DNA from: an uncultured Planctomycetota bacterium
GTDB lineage: Bacteria > Planctomycetota > Planctomycetia > Isosphaerales > Isosphaeraceae
Length of the DNA: 64,000 bases
Direction of reading: 5' to 3'
Assembly (NCBI GenBank): GCA_963845755.1
Contig: CAWJTV010000003.1
Location: 1-64,000, forward strand
The position numbers were made by a program, and so were the translations under genes. The notes beneath the pieces are model-generated. The model ran no database searches. It was not told the origin of the DNA and saw only the letters and a list, made by a program, of their open reading frames with translations. Below, in pieces: positions 42,645 through 51,336 of the stretch. Numbering within the stretch: position 1 is the first letter of the stretch; each line of letters begins with the position of its first letter.

Positions 42645-44285
42645 TTGATCCCGACCATTCCGAACCATCCCGATCAAGCCGCCAGCAACGCCGCTCCCTC
42701 CGCCGAGGTCCCTCCTTCTCGGCTGGGCTGGTTGGTCGTCGTGATGCTGACCGCCACCTTGACGGCCGTGTCCACCTATCAATCGTTGCGGCGTTATGAG
42801 GAGTTGCGCAGCGGCTGGTCGTGGGACCTGGCCTATTACAACCAGTGGTTCTGGGCGCTGACCCAGGGCGACGGCACGCTGTCGGTCCGGCCGGTCTCCG
42901 CCTATGCCCAGGAAGGGCCGTCGATCTGGAAGATGAACTACCTCGCGCCGATCCGGCTGGCAATCGCCCCGATCTACCGGCTCTTCCCCGATCCGCGGAC
43001 CTTGATCGTCCTCCAGAATGTCGTGTTCTGGTGGGTGGTCCCCGCGGCATACGGTCTGGTGCGTTCGGAGTCGCGCTCGCGGGGCGTGGCCTTGTCGGCG
43101 GCACTCCTGGTGCCGTTGACTCCCCTCTTCTGGCCCCTGGTGTGGAACGACTTCCGCGAGTTGCAGCTCGTGGCGCCGTTCATCTTGTGGGGGATTCAAG
43201 GAGTCCGTGGCCGGTCGGTCCGCCTGGCCGCGGTGGGGATCGGCGGGATGCTCGCCTGCCGTCAGGAGTTCGCCGTGATCGTCGCGACGCTCGCATTCCT
43301 GCCCCCGCGGCGGCCGGAATCGCTGGAGACGACCCTCCGCTGGCGGCGGGCGACCGTGTTGATCGGGCTTTGCTGGATGTTGTTCGGCTTCTTCGGCTAT
43401 TTGAGATTCATGGTCGGCCGGGCGCGCCCGGATGCGTTCATCGACCAGTTCCTCGGGACGAAGGCACCGGTCTCGGAGACGCTCCGAACGTCCGCCGAGG
43501 CCCTGATCCTGGGGATGGGCGGCTGGGCCGTGCTGATGTGCCTGGTGCCCCGGGTGGCGATCCTCGCCGTGCCGTGGATCTGGAGCCTGTGCAGCGGTCG
43601 CTGGGCCATACGGTTCCTGTCTACGCCCGAGTGGCACCACGTGCGATATGCCATGCCGATGGCCGTGATGGTCCTGGCCGCCGGCCTGATCGGTTACGCG
43701 CGACTGGCGGCCTGGCTGCTGCCCCGTCCCGCCGGCCGGGTCTGGCTGGCGATGGCCTGGCTCGCCGCCGTCGCGATGGGTGCCGCCGGCCTGCGAGACG
43801 TCTCCAACCGAATGGCGGCCGTGCCTCGGGTGTTCGAGCCTCAGGAAGCCGGGGAGATCTGGGGGTGGATCCGCCAGGTCAGCCCCGACGACGCCGTGCT
43901 GGCCGACTATGAAGTCTCCGCGCCCCTCTCCTCGCGGCCGTGGCTCTACAGCTACATCATGGACACCAACCTGCCGGACGGGTTTCCCCGGCTCCGTCCG
44001 GAATTCCACTGGCTGTTCGTCCGGAGCGACTATCGGTTGCTCAAAGTCTTGCTGGAACAGGGGTTCGACGTCGTTCACCGCGGACCCTACCTGACAATCG
44101 CCCGCCGCGGGACGATCAACCTGGCGGAAAAAAACGATTTTTTCCGATTTGCGCGAACCCGAAGCCGCGATAAGATGTCTAGGAACTGTACGACCGCTCG
44201 ATCGTCGTGTTCTTCGATCCCGCGCAGATGGGTGATGGTCTGTTCGACCGTCGCCATCCTCCGATCGCGATTCACGACAGGTTAA
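42645..44285 (+). CDS. DUF2079-like polytopic membrane protein (GT-C-type glycosyltransferase-like)
   Basis: WDLAYYNQWFW, LIVLQ, WNDFRE, ACRQE; multiple hydrophobic segments. Confidence 0.7.
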   Translation: MIPTIPNHPDQAASNAAPSAEVPPSRLGWLVVVMLTATLTAVSTYQSLRRYEELRSGWSWDLAYYNQWFWALTQGDGTLSVRPVSAYAQEGPSIWKMNYLAPIRLAIAPIYRLFPDPRTLIVLQNVVFWWVVPAAYGLVRSESRSRGVALSAALLVPLTPLFWPLVWNDFRELQLVAPFILWGIQGVRGRSVRLAAVGIGGMLACRQEFAVIVATLAFLPPRRPESLETTLRWRRATVLIGLCWMLFGFFGYLRFMVGRARPDAFIDQFLGTKAPVSETLRTSAEALILGMGGWAVLMCLVPRVAILAVPWIWSLCSGRWAIRFLSTPEWHHVRYAMPMAVMVLAAGLIGYARLAAWLLPRPAGRVWLAMAWLAAVAMGAAGLRDVSNRMAAVPRVFEPQEAGEIWGWIRQVSPDDAVLADYEVSAPLSSRPWLYSYIMDTNLPDGFPRLRPEFHWLFVRSDYRLLKVLLEQGFDVVHRGPYLTIARRGTINLAEKNDFFRFARTRSRDKMSRNCTTARSSCSSIPRRWVMVCSTVAILRSRFTTG

Positions 44286-44629
44286 CCGGGTGTGTTGCCC
44301 GGTCGAATCGAAGTCTCGTAACTCGAACGGACCCATGACTCGGTAACTTGAAAGGGACGATCGTAACGTCCCAATCCCCCGTGATGTGACGGCCCGGGGC
44401 TTTTTCTACCCGCCCCACTGTTGCCTCACTTCCAGATCCCGCCTTTTTTCGGCGGATGCGAGGGTTTCGCCATGATCAACCGCAAGAACCTGACGCTGTC
44501 GGCTCGGACGCTTTCCAACCGGCTGAATCTCGGGACGCGGTCGCTCGCCGCTAATGCGGGCGTCAATCATGGTGCTCTGACCTTGCGCACCCGCACCGCC
44601 TATCATGGCGTCATGCGCGAAGGGATGGT

Positions 44630-45430
44630 GTGGTATGACGTATTTCCGATTGATGATGCGAGATACGGAATTCCGACCATTCCCGGCTCACTGTTCCAGC
44701 CGCAGCAAAGCCTACCGAGTTGCTTAACCAGGCAACCCGGTCAACCCGCGGAAGGCGTTCGCGTCGAGCTCGATCCGAGGCCGGCAGACCTCGCCGATCG
44801 ACTCGAACGCCGTGTGACAGTCGGAGATCCCCGGTTTCCATCGGTGGCCGTTACCGCTCCGGAGCGACGAATGGAGGAGCGCGTCAGCGGCTCCCTCTCG
44901 CGTTCCGGATGGAAATCGCAGGGGAAACCCGGCTTGAAGCACGCCCCCGGGCGAGCTGCCAAGGCTAAGGCTAAGGCCGTGGTCGCGATAGCGGCCGCGA
45001 ACGTGGGAAAGTGAGTACCGACCGACCGCTCCTGTCCTGACGACTCCTGTGTCCGCGGCATCCCCTTGCGACCGGCGAGCGACCCGATTTCGGGACGTGA
45101 ACGCCGGGTGAGGATCCGCGGTCCTGATGCCCGAGGCAAAAGCGGACAAATCGGTTGAGTTCGCGCGGTTGGACAGGCTGATCCACCGCGCACGCGCCGT
45201 CTTACTGGTCGCCGCGCCGGAGACCGTCCACGCGTTCGAACGAGGCTACCCACGCCCGGGATGGGAGATCCCGGGAGGCCTCGTCGCGGGGACGGGACGT
45301 TTCCTCCGGTGCCGAGCGTGAAGACGTCCATGATGGCGATGAGTTTCGGCCCGGTTTCGTCGCGCCGACACCCAGGCGGACCTCCCGAACAGGGCCGGGA
45401 CTGGCAGGACCCCCGAAAATCGGGGAAGGC
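44630..45430 (+). ncRNA. Candidate large structured RNA or 5' leader of the ECF sigma gene
   Basis: Continuous nested stems found by eye (see findings); no recognisable protein; boundaries approximate. Confidence 0.5.
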
Positions 45431-45437
45431 GGTTCAC

Positions 45438-46112
45438 GTGTTGATCACGGAGAGGGATCTGGTTTCGGAGACTCGGGGCTGGGCCGACCTGGCGATCCTG
45501 GTGGGTCGCGCCGAGCGAGGGGACCGCGAGGCGTTCGGCGAGCTGGTCGAGCAGTTCCAGCCGACGGTCTACGCGATCGCGCTGCGGCGGCTGGCCAACG
45601 CCAGCGATGCGCTGGAGTTGACGCAGGAGGTGTTCCTGCACGTGTTGCGCCGGATCGGCCAGCTCCGGGAGCCGGAGCGGTTCGCCGGCTGGCTGCGGCA
45701 GGTCGCCGTGCGCATGGCGATCAACCGGGCGACGCGGCGGGTTGCTCCGCCGAGCGTCGAGTCGGGGATCCTCGAGGGGGCCTCGGAGTACTCCGATGAG
45801 CCGCTCGACCAGTTGATCAGCCGGGAGCGCGCCGAGCGGCTCTGGGAGGCCCTGGGCCGGCTCAAGTCCCTGGACCGCGAGGCCCTGGACGCCTTCTATA
45901 TCCGCGGGCACTCCCTGCTCGAGATCGCCGAGATGCTCAACGTGCCCCTGGGCACGGTCAAGCGGCGGCTGCACACGGCGCGGAAGCGACTGAAGGTCGA
46001 GCTCGAGGCCTTGGTCGCCGACGCCCAGGAGTGGACCGACGGACCGGCCGACGACGACGTTGACGAGTTCGACGAGTCGGAGTCCGAGCTGGTCGGCGCC
46101 GGCGCCTGGTGA
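45438..46112 (+). CDS. ECF sigma-70 factor with acidic tail
   Basis: GDREAFGELV, ELTQEVFL, FAGWLRQVA, EIAEMLNVPLGTVKRRLHTARKRL. Confidence 0.92.
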   Translation: MLITERDLVSETRGWADLAILVGRAERGDREAFGELVEQFQPTVYAIALRRLANASDALELTQEVFLHVLRRIGQLREPERFAGWLRQVAVRMAINRATRRVAPPSVESGILEGASEYSDEPLDQLISRERAERLWEALGRLKSLDREALDAFYIRGHSLLEIAEMLNVPLGTVKRRLHTARKRLKVELEALVADAQEWTDGPADDDVDEFDESESELVGAGAW

Positions 46113-46225
46113 TGATTGGCGAGTGGAGCGCTCGCTCCGCTTGCGGGGTGGCGGGGAGGTCGATCCTTCCCGCCGCCCGACGCCAGTCTCGGCTGAGATG
46201 CCTCGATTTACCTCAAGTGTCCCTC

Positions 46226-46502
46226 TAGAACGCCAGGCACTGGGTTGGGCACACATTGACGGCGGCCTGTAGGGCCGCCAGGAACCCAGCCCCGGGTGCA
46301 ACCCGGGGACTCGTGCATCCCGCGCCTCCCGCGTGCACCCTGAAGGGGTGCCGGAAGCGTCACCTGCGGCCCTTCAGGTCGCCGGAGATGGGGCTGCCTT
46401 GCTGCGCACCCCGGGTTGCACCCGGGGCTGGGCTCCCGAGGCCCGTTGGGCCGCCGAAGATCCGCTGAAATCGTGTGCGCAACCCATCTGTTAAGCGCTC
46501 TA
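46226..46502. mobile_element. MITE-like TAGAGCG-type shell with a different REP doublet cargo
   Basis: tagaacgccaggcactgggttgggcacac / gtgtgcgcaacccatctgttaagcgctcta; TA at both ends; internal ccccgggtgcaacccgggg and ccctgaaggg palindromes in inverted pairs. Confidence 0.8.
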
Positions 46503-46700
46503 ACGCACCCGAATCTGAGGAGGGAGTGCTCAATCTCACCGATCCGAGCACTCCGCCTCACGAGGCACCCGTCCGACTCGGCTGGACATGACGGGCTCAG
46601 CCCCCTTTGGACATGACGAGGTCAGACTCCTTTGGTCAGGGTCGCACCGCCTTGGATCGCACCGGTCTGCACGGTACAATCACGACAAAGGGAGCTGGTC

Positions 46701-47435
46701 ATGCCGCTACGCGATCACTTTCGCCCACCGGTCGAAAACCGCCATTCCTGGGACGAGTTGCACGGCGGTTGGCCGATGATCATCGTCCAGAAGCTCTTCC
46801 CGCAATTACCGGACGGATTCGTCGCGGCGCCCGGCGTACATCTGGGTACCGCGTTTGAGATCGATGTTTCGACCTATGAGCAAGATGAACCGGTTGAGGC
46901 GCCGGTGCCGGGTAGTCGAGGCGGCGTGGCCGTGACTACCCACGCGCCACCGTATCCCACGCTGACGCTGGAAACCGAATTGCCCGACCAGGACGAATAC
47001 GAGGTGCGGATCTACGACGATCGTCACGGCCGGCGGTTGGTCGCGGCGATCGAACTGATCAGCCCGTCCAACAAGGATCGTCCCGAGAGCCGGCGCGCCT
47101 TCGTCGGCAAGGTCGGGGCCCTCTTGCAACGCAATGTCTGCGTGTCGCTGGTCAACGTCGTTACGATTCGCGATTTCAATCTCTACGCGGACACCCTGGA
47201 ATTCATCGGCGCCAACGATCCCGCGCTGGGAAGCAAGCCGCCCTCCCTGTATGCGGTGACGATGCGCGGCCGAAAGCGCCCTCGCCGACGGTCGCTGCTG
47301 GAGAGCTGGTTTTACCCAATGCATCTCGGACAATCGCTTCCGACTTTACCGATTTGGCTGGACGTCGATCTGAGCATCGACCTGGACCTGGAATCCAGCT
47401 ATGAGGAAACCTGCCGCTTCCTGCGCATTTCCTGA
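46701..47435 (+). CDS. DUF4058 family protein (PD-(D/E)XK-like)
   Basis: MPLRDHFRPP..W..HGGW, RRLVAAIELISPSNKDR, LPTLPIWL, DLESSYEETC; TACAAT and GGGAG upstream. Confidence 0.85.
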   Translation: MPLRDHFRPPVENRHSWDELHGGWPMIIVQKLFPQLPDGFVAAPGVHLGTAFEIDVSTYEQDEPVEAPVPGSRGGVAVTTHAPPYPTLTLETELPDQDEYEVRIYDDRHGRRLVAAIELISPSNKDRPESRRAFVGKVGALLQRNVCVSLVNVVTIRDFNLYADTLEFIGANDPALGSKPPSLYAVTMRGRKRPRRRSLLESWFYPMHLGQSLPTLPIWLDVDLSIDLDLESSYEETCRFLRIS

Positions 47436-48325
47436 GTGCGGGAACCGGGATCGCGGGGTACCACAAGCCGCGAACCTGCCCGCGATGCCGCGGATCCTGA
47501 ACCCCGGTTGGCTCATGGGGCGAATTTGGTGGCGGCCAGCAAGTCGGGTCTGGCGGCCGGCCGCTCCTCGTCGCAACTTCTGACCACGGGGGGTGTTGTG
47601 CGCGAACGCCGCGCCAACCGACCCGCGGGTGAATTCCCCGGCACCGATCTGGCCACATGAGCCAAAGTGTTACCCTGGAGCCGAGCGATCTGAACCAGGC
47701 CCCTAAACAACAGGCTGAAAATTATTTTGGATTTCTTATCTGCCGCTCGGACTGAGAGTTGCGGCGACTCCCGGCCGAAATCCGCGATAGGTGCATTAAC
47801 GTTTTTCCAAAGTTGAGGCATCCTGAGAGTATGACCCACGCGAGATCACTCCCAAGATTGACGCCTGGACCGCGCCACCCGATCCGGGTGGTCGTCGCAA
47901 CCTGCTTTCAGCAAGAGAGATCGGGGATGGCGACTTTGAAAAAAGATGCCCCATTGTGCCACTTGGCGGCACGCTCATCGGTCGGTGCTGTCCCGGAGCG
48001 AAGCGGTCGAGTCTCCGGTGAGGCCAAGGTAGCCGCCTGGATGAACGCCGGGCGATCAACGGCCGGAGTCGCCACCGCGCGGATCATCCGGGAATCGCGA
48101 CCATTGAGAACTCCCCGGAAGGGGGTTGGCCTGGCGTCATTCGGGACGACAAGAAGGTCACTGCGCAGAGGTGGAGAACGGACACAGATCGATCAGAAAA
48201 GATGAACATAAATTGGCCCATCACCGATCCAACATGCGTTTTCGATGCCATCGGCGCGAACGAAGTCCTGCGTCGCGGCGCATCTCCCTCGGTTCGAGGC
48301 TCGCTCGCCAACGATGGCCCGCCTA

Positions 48326-48709
48326 TCACCCGCCGGCCCGGAGTCGCTCCCGCTCGCCGAGGTATTCGTCCGCCTCGCGGCGATAGCGCCGCGCCCGCGC
48401 GCTCATCCGCGAATAGTCCCACCAGGCCCCTACCACGATCGGCAGCAGGATGATCGCCACGAATTTCAGGCCAACGTCGGGGCGTCCGAAGGCGGTGAAG
48501 ATGGCGAGGATCATCGCGCCCACGATGGAGGGCACCGCAGTCAGAGCCCAGGTCACGCGGCGGTACCGGGCGAGCTGATCCTCGATCGGCTCGACGCCGA
48601 GGCGCAGCCGGCCGAGTTTGCGCTTCCAATATGTCTCGCGGAGGCGCCATTGCGCCTCCAGCTCCGGAAGTGAGGTCGGGGTCGAAGTGTTCGTTTCCAT
48701 GAATTCCAT
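48326..48709 (-). CDS. Small two-helix membrane protein
   Basis: Two hydrophobic segments flanked by charged helices; divergent from the FHA gene. Confidence 0.65.
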   Translation of the reverse strand: MEFMETNTSTPTSLPELEAQWRLRETYWKRKLGRLRLGVEPIEDQLARYRRVTWALTAVPSIVGAMILAIFTAFGRPDVGLKFVAIILLPIVVGAWWDYSRMSARARRYRREADEYLGERERLRAGG

Positions 48710-48908
48710 TCAACCGCGGGTGGGGGGTCATTTTGGCGGGAGCAGGCTGGGCACGCCGCCGTTTTCGAGGCGGACGTGACCGGGATTCTCGGAGTCTGGG
48801 ACCTCGGTGCTTGCCAGTCGGGTCGAGGCGATCTAAGATAGCGCCTTCGTGCCGACGATCGATGATGATTGTATTCGTGCTCGGGGCTTCGGTCGAGGAT
48901 CCGCCTCC

Positions 48909-49307
48909 ATGTCCGCCCGACTTGTGGCCATCGATGAAGGGCCCGACATCCTGCTGAACCGCCCCATGGTGGTGGTGGGCCGCCATCCCGCCTGCGATGC
49001 GCGGCTGGATTCGCTCCGGGTCTCCCGGCATCACTGCTGCATGACGCTGGAGGACGGCGTCGTGATCGTTCGCGACCTGGGTAGTACCAACGGCATCCGG
49101 ATCAACGGCTTGCGCGTGGAGATCGGCCGGCTGAATGCGGGTGACGAGTTATCAATCGCCCATTTCCGCTACCGGCTCGAGGATCCGCACGATCGCTTCC
49201 GGACGCCACCGCCGATCCCTCACTTCACGCCTCAGCCGGGGCCAGCTAATCCGTGGCTCTGGGTCCGGCCATCGGCCTGGGGCTTTGGGCCGCTGAACAA
49301 GGGTTGA
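48909..49307 (+). CDS. FHA domain protein
   Basis: VVGRHP, VSRHH, RDLGSTNG. Confidence 0.9.
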   Translation: MSARLVAIDEGPDILLNRPMVVVGRHPACDARLDSLRVSRHHCCMTLEDGVVIVRDLGSTNGIRINGLRVEIGRLNAGDELSIAHFRYRLEDPHDRFRTPPPIPHFTPQPGPANPWLWVRPSAWGFGPLNKG

Positions 49308-49587
49308 CCCCATCGTTCGTCGACGGTCGGCCACTTGGCGCTCCCGGCGGTCTGAAGGCCGCGGGGACAAGGCTTGCGCACGCCTTACAAGGTGCCAAGC
49401 GTTTAGGACGACCAAGACCCCGCAATCCGGGGTCCTCGGCACCACACATCCCCAGGCGCCCTGAAGGGCCGCGGGAAACCGATCCTCGGGCCCTTACGCA
49501 AAATCCGTGAACGTCAGAGAATTCTGTATGGCGCGGTCGGTTCGCTGCATTCTCAGGATGGAACGATCAAGACGGGGAGCCACGGCG

Positions 49588-51249
49588 ATGATCCCAGGCA
49601 AGAGTCGTCCGATCACTCGGCAGCTCGAGGAGCTCTGGACCTCCGGGACCCTGACCGGCCTGAGCGACGCCGAACTTCTCGGCCGATTCGTGGGGGCCCA
49701 GGGCCGGGACGCATTGGCCGAGTCGGCGTTCCAGGAGCTGATCCATCGCCACGGGTCGATGGTGCTGGGCGTCTGCCGCCAGATCCTCCGACATCCGCAC
49801 GACGCGGACGACGCGTTCCAGGCGACCTTCCTGGTCCTGGTGCGCAAGGCCCGCTCGATCCGGGTAGGCGATTCGCTGGCCCCCTGGCTCTATGGCGTGG
49901 CCTATCGCACCGCGCAACGGGCGCGGGCTACCGCCGCACGGTATCGCCCGGCCGGCGTCGAGCCGATGGAGGCCCATGGAGCTACGTCCGACGACATCTA
50001 CCAACTCGACCTGCGCCCCTTGCTGCACGAGGAGCTGAATCGCCTACCCGGCAAGTACCGGGATCCGATCGTACTCTGCCACCTCGAGGGCAAGACGCAT
50101 GAAGAGGCGGCCCGGCTGCTGTCGTGGCCGGTCGGCACGGTCAGCGGCCGGCTGTCGCGTGGCCGCCAGATCCTCAAATCGCGCCTGGAACGGCGCGGCG
50201 TGACCGTGTCATCGGCCATGCTCTCGGCCAACTGGCTGGCCGGGACGCCGGTTACCGTGACGCTCCCCTTGATCGAATCCACTCTGAATGCCGCGTTCCG
50301 CCTAGGAGCGGCCACCGCGGTCTCCACCTCCGTCCTGTCTCTGACCCAAGGAGTTCTCAGAACCATGCTGCTCGACAAGCTCAAGATGACCGCGGTCGCC
50401 GTCCTCATTGCGGGTGGAATTACGGGAGGTGTCGGCGTCTGGACCTATCGAGCCTTCGGATCGGCGAGCCCGCCCGCTCAAGACGGTCAGCCGGCACCAC
50501 AGGTCGTTCAGAAGGCGGCATCCGCGCCCGCTCCGTTCCCGAAAGCCCTGACGAAAACATCCGACCTTCCTCAAGGGAAGGCCGCCCGGAGACCTCCCAT
50601 GGAGATGGGCGGCCTGAATGCACCAGGGGGCATCGGATATGATTCTTCTCTGAACGTCCTCAGACACCAGTCGATCATCGTCGCTCAAGGTGAGGACGGC
50701 TCAAGCTGGGAGGCCATAAGCCTGGAGGCGGATCACCCGGACTGGCAGCGGCTGACGGTACCGCCTGAAATCACGGTGTCTCCGTCCTTCGGCCCGGACG
50801 CCGTGGGCCTGTGGCTCAAGGGAAAGTCGATCGACCATGTCGCAGCGTTCAGCAAGTCTCGGGGCACGTGGAGCAAACAGCATCTGCTCAAGCCCGTCGA
50901 GGGTGAGATGAGGCCACTCGTCGGCCCGGGGTATGTCTACTATCAGGCGGGGAACGACATCTATGCCTTCAGTGAAACGGTGGCGAAATGGGGTGTGCTG
51001 CACCTGGAAGGCGATGAGAAAGCCCGGGCCATTTGGTCTCCCAATGGTGTCGAGGTCCAGCAAGGCAACAAGTTGTACATCTTCAGCGTGAAGCACGGCG
51101 AGTGGTCGAAGGGGGTCGCCGTGAAGCGACTGCCACCCCAGGCTCGGAAAGGGACCGATGTTCGCAACGCGTTGCCGAAGGGGGCGACCCGAACGTCTCC
51201 CCGGCTCCGATCGGATTCGTCGAAAGGCGAGTCGGCGCTCCCGAAATGA
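49588..51249 (+). CDS. ECF sigma factor with transmembrane segment and C-terminal extension
   Basis: LSDAELLGRF, ADDAFQATFLVL, LCHLEGKTHEEAA..GTVSGRLSRGR, then hydrophobic segment and Trp-containing beta repeats. Confidence 0.9.
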   Translation: MIPGKSRPITRQLEELWTSGTLTGLSDAELLGRFVGAQGRDALAESAFQELIHRHGSMVLGVCRQILRHPHDADDAFQATFLVLVRKARSIRVGDSLAPWLYGVAYRTAQRARATAARYRPAGVEPMEAHGATSDDIYQLDLRPLLHEELNRLPGKYRDPIVLCHLEGKTHEEAARLLSWPVGTVSGRLSRGRQILKSRLERRGVTVSSAMLSANWLAGTPVTVTLPLIESTLNAAFRLGAATAVSTSVLSLTQGVLRTMLLDKLKMTAVAVLIAGGITGGVGVWTYRAFGSASPPAQDGQPAPQVVQKAASAPAPFPKALTKTSDLPQGKAARRPPMEMGGLNAPGGIGYDSSLNVLRHQSIIVAQGEDGSSWEAISLEADHPDWQRLTVPPEITVSPSFGPDAVGLWLKGKSIDHVAAFSKSRGTWSKQHLLKPVEGEMRPLVGPGYVYYQAGNDIYAFSETVAKWGVLHLEGDEKARAIWSPNGVEVQQGNKLYIFSVKHGEWSKGVAVKRLPPQARKGTDVRNALPKGATRTSPRLRSDSSKGESALPK

Positions 51250-51336
51250 CACTCTCCTGGGTCCTTCCGAACTCGTCGCGATTCCCATCGACGGGTCGGC
51301 CATCGAGAGCCGGCCCGCTCGCGTTTCCCGATCCGC

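Noticed and set aside
44286..45437. tmRNA, RNase P RNA, tRNA or group I/II intron
   Set aside because: No tRNA-like ends, no GAGGAAAGUCC motif, and no intron boundary or domain V motif recognised
49230..49480. Another complete shell element after the FHA gene
   Set aside because: Only scattered palindromes (gcggtctgaaggccgc, gccctgaagggc) without paired ends
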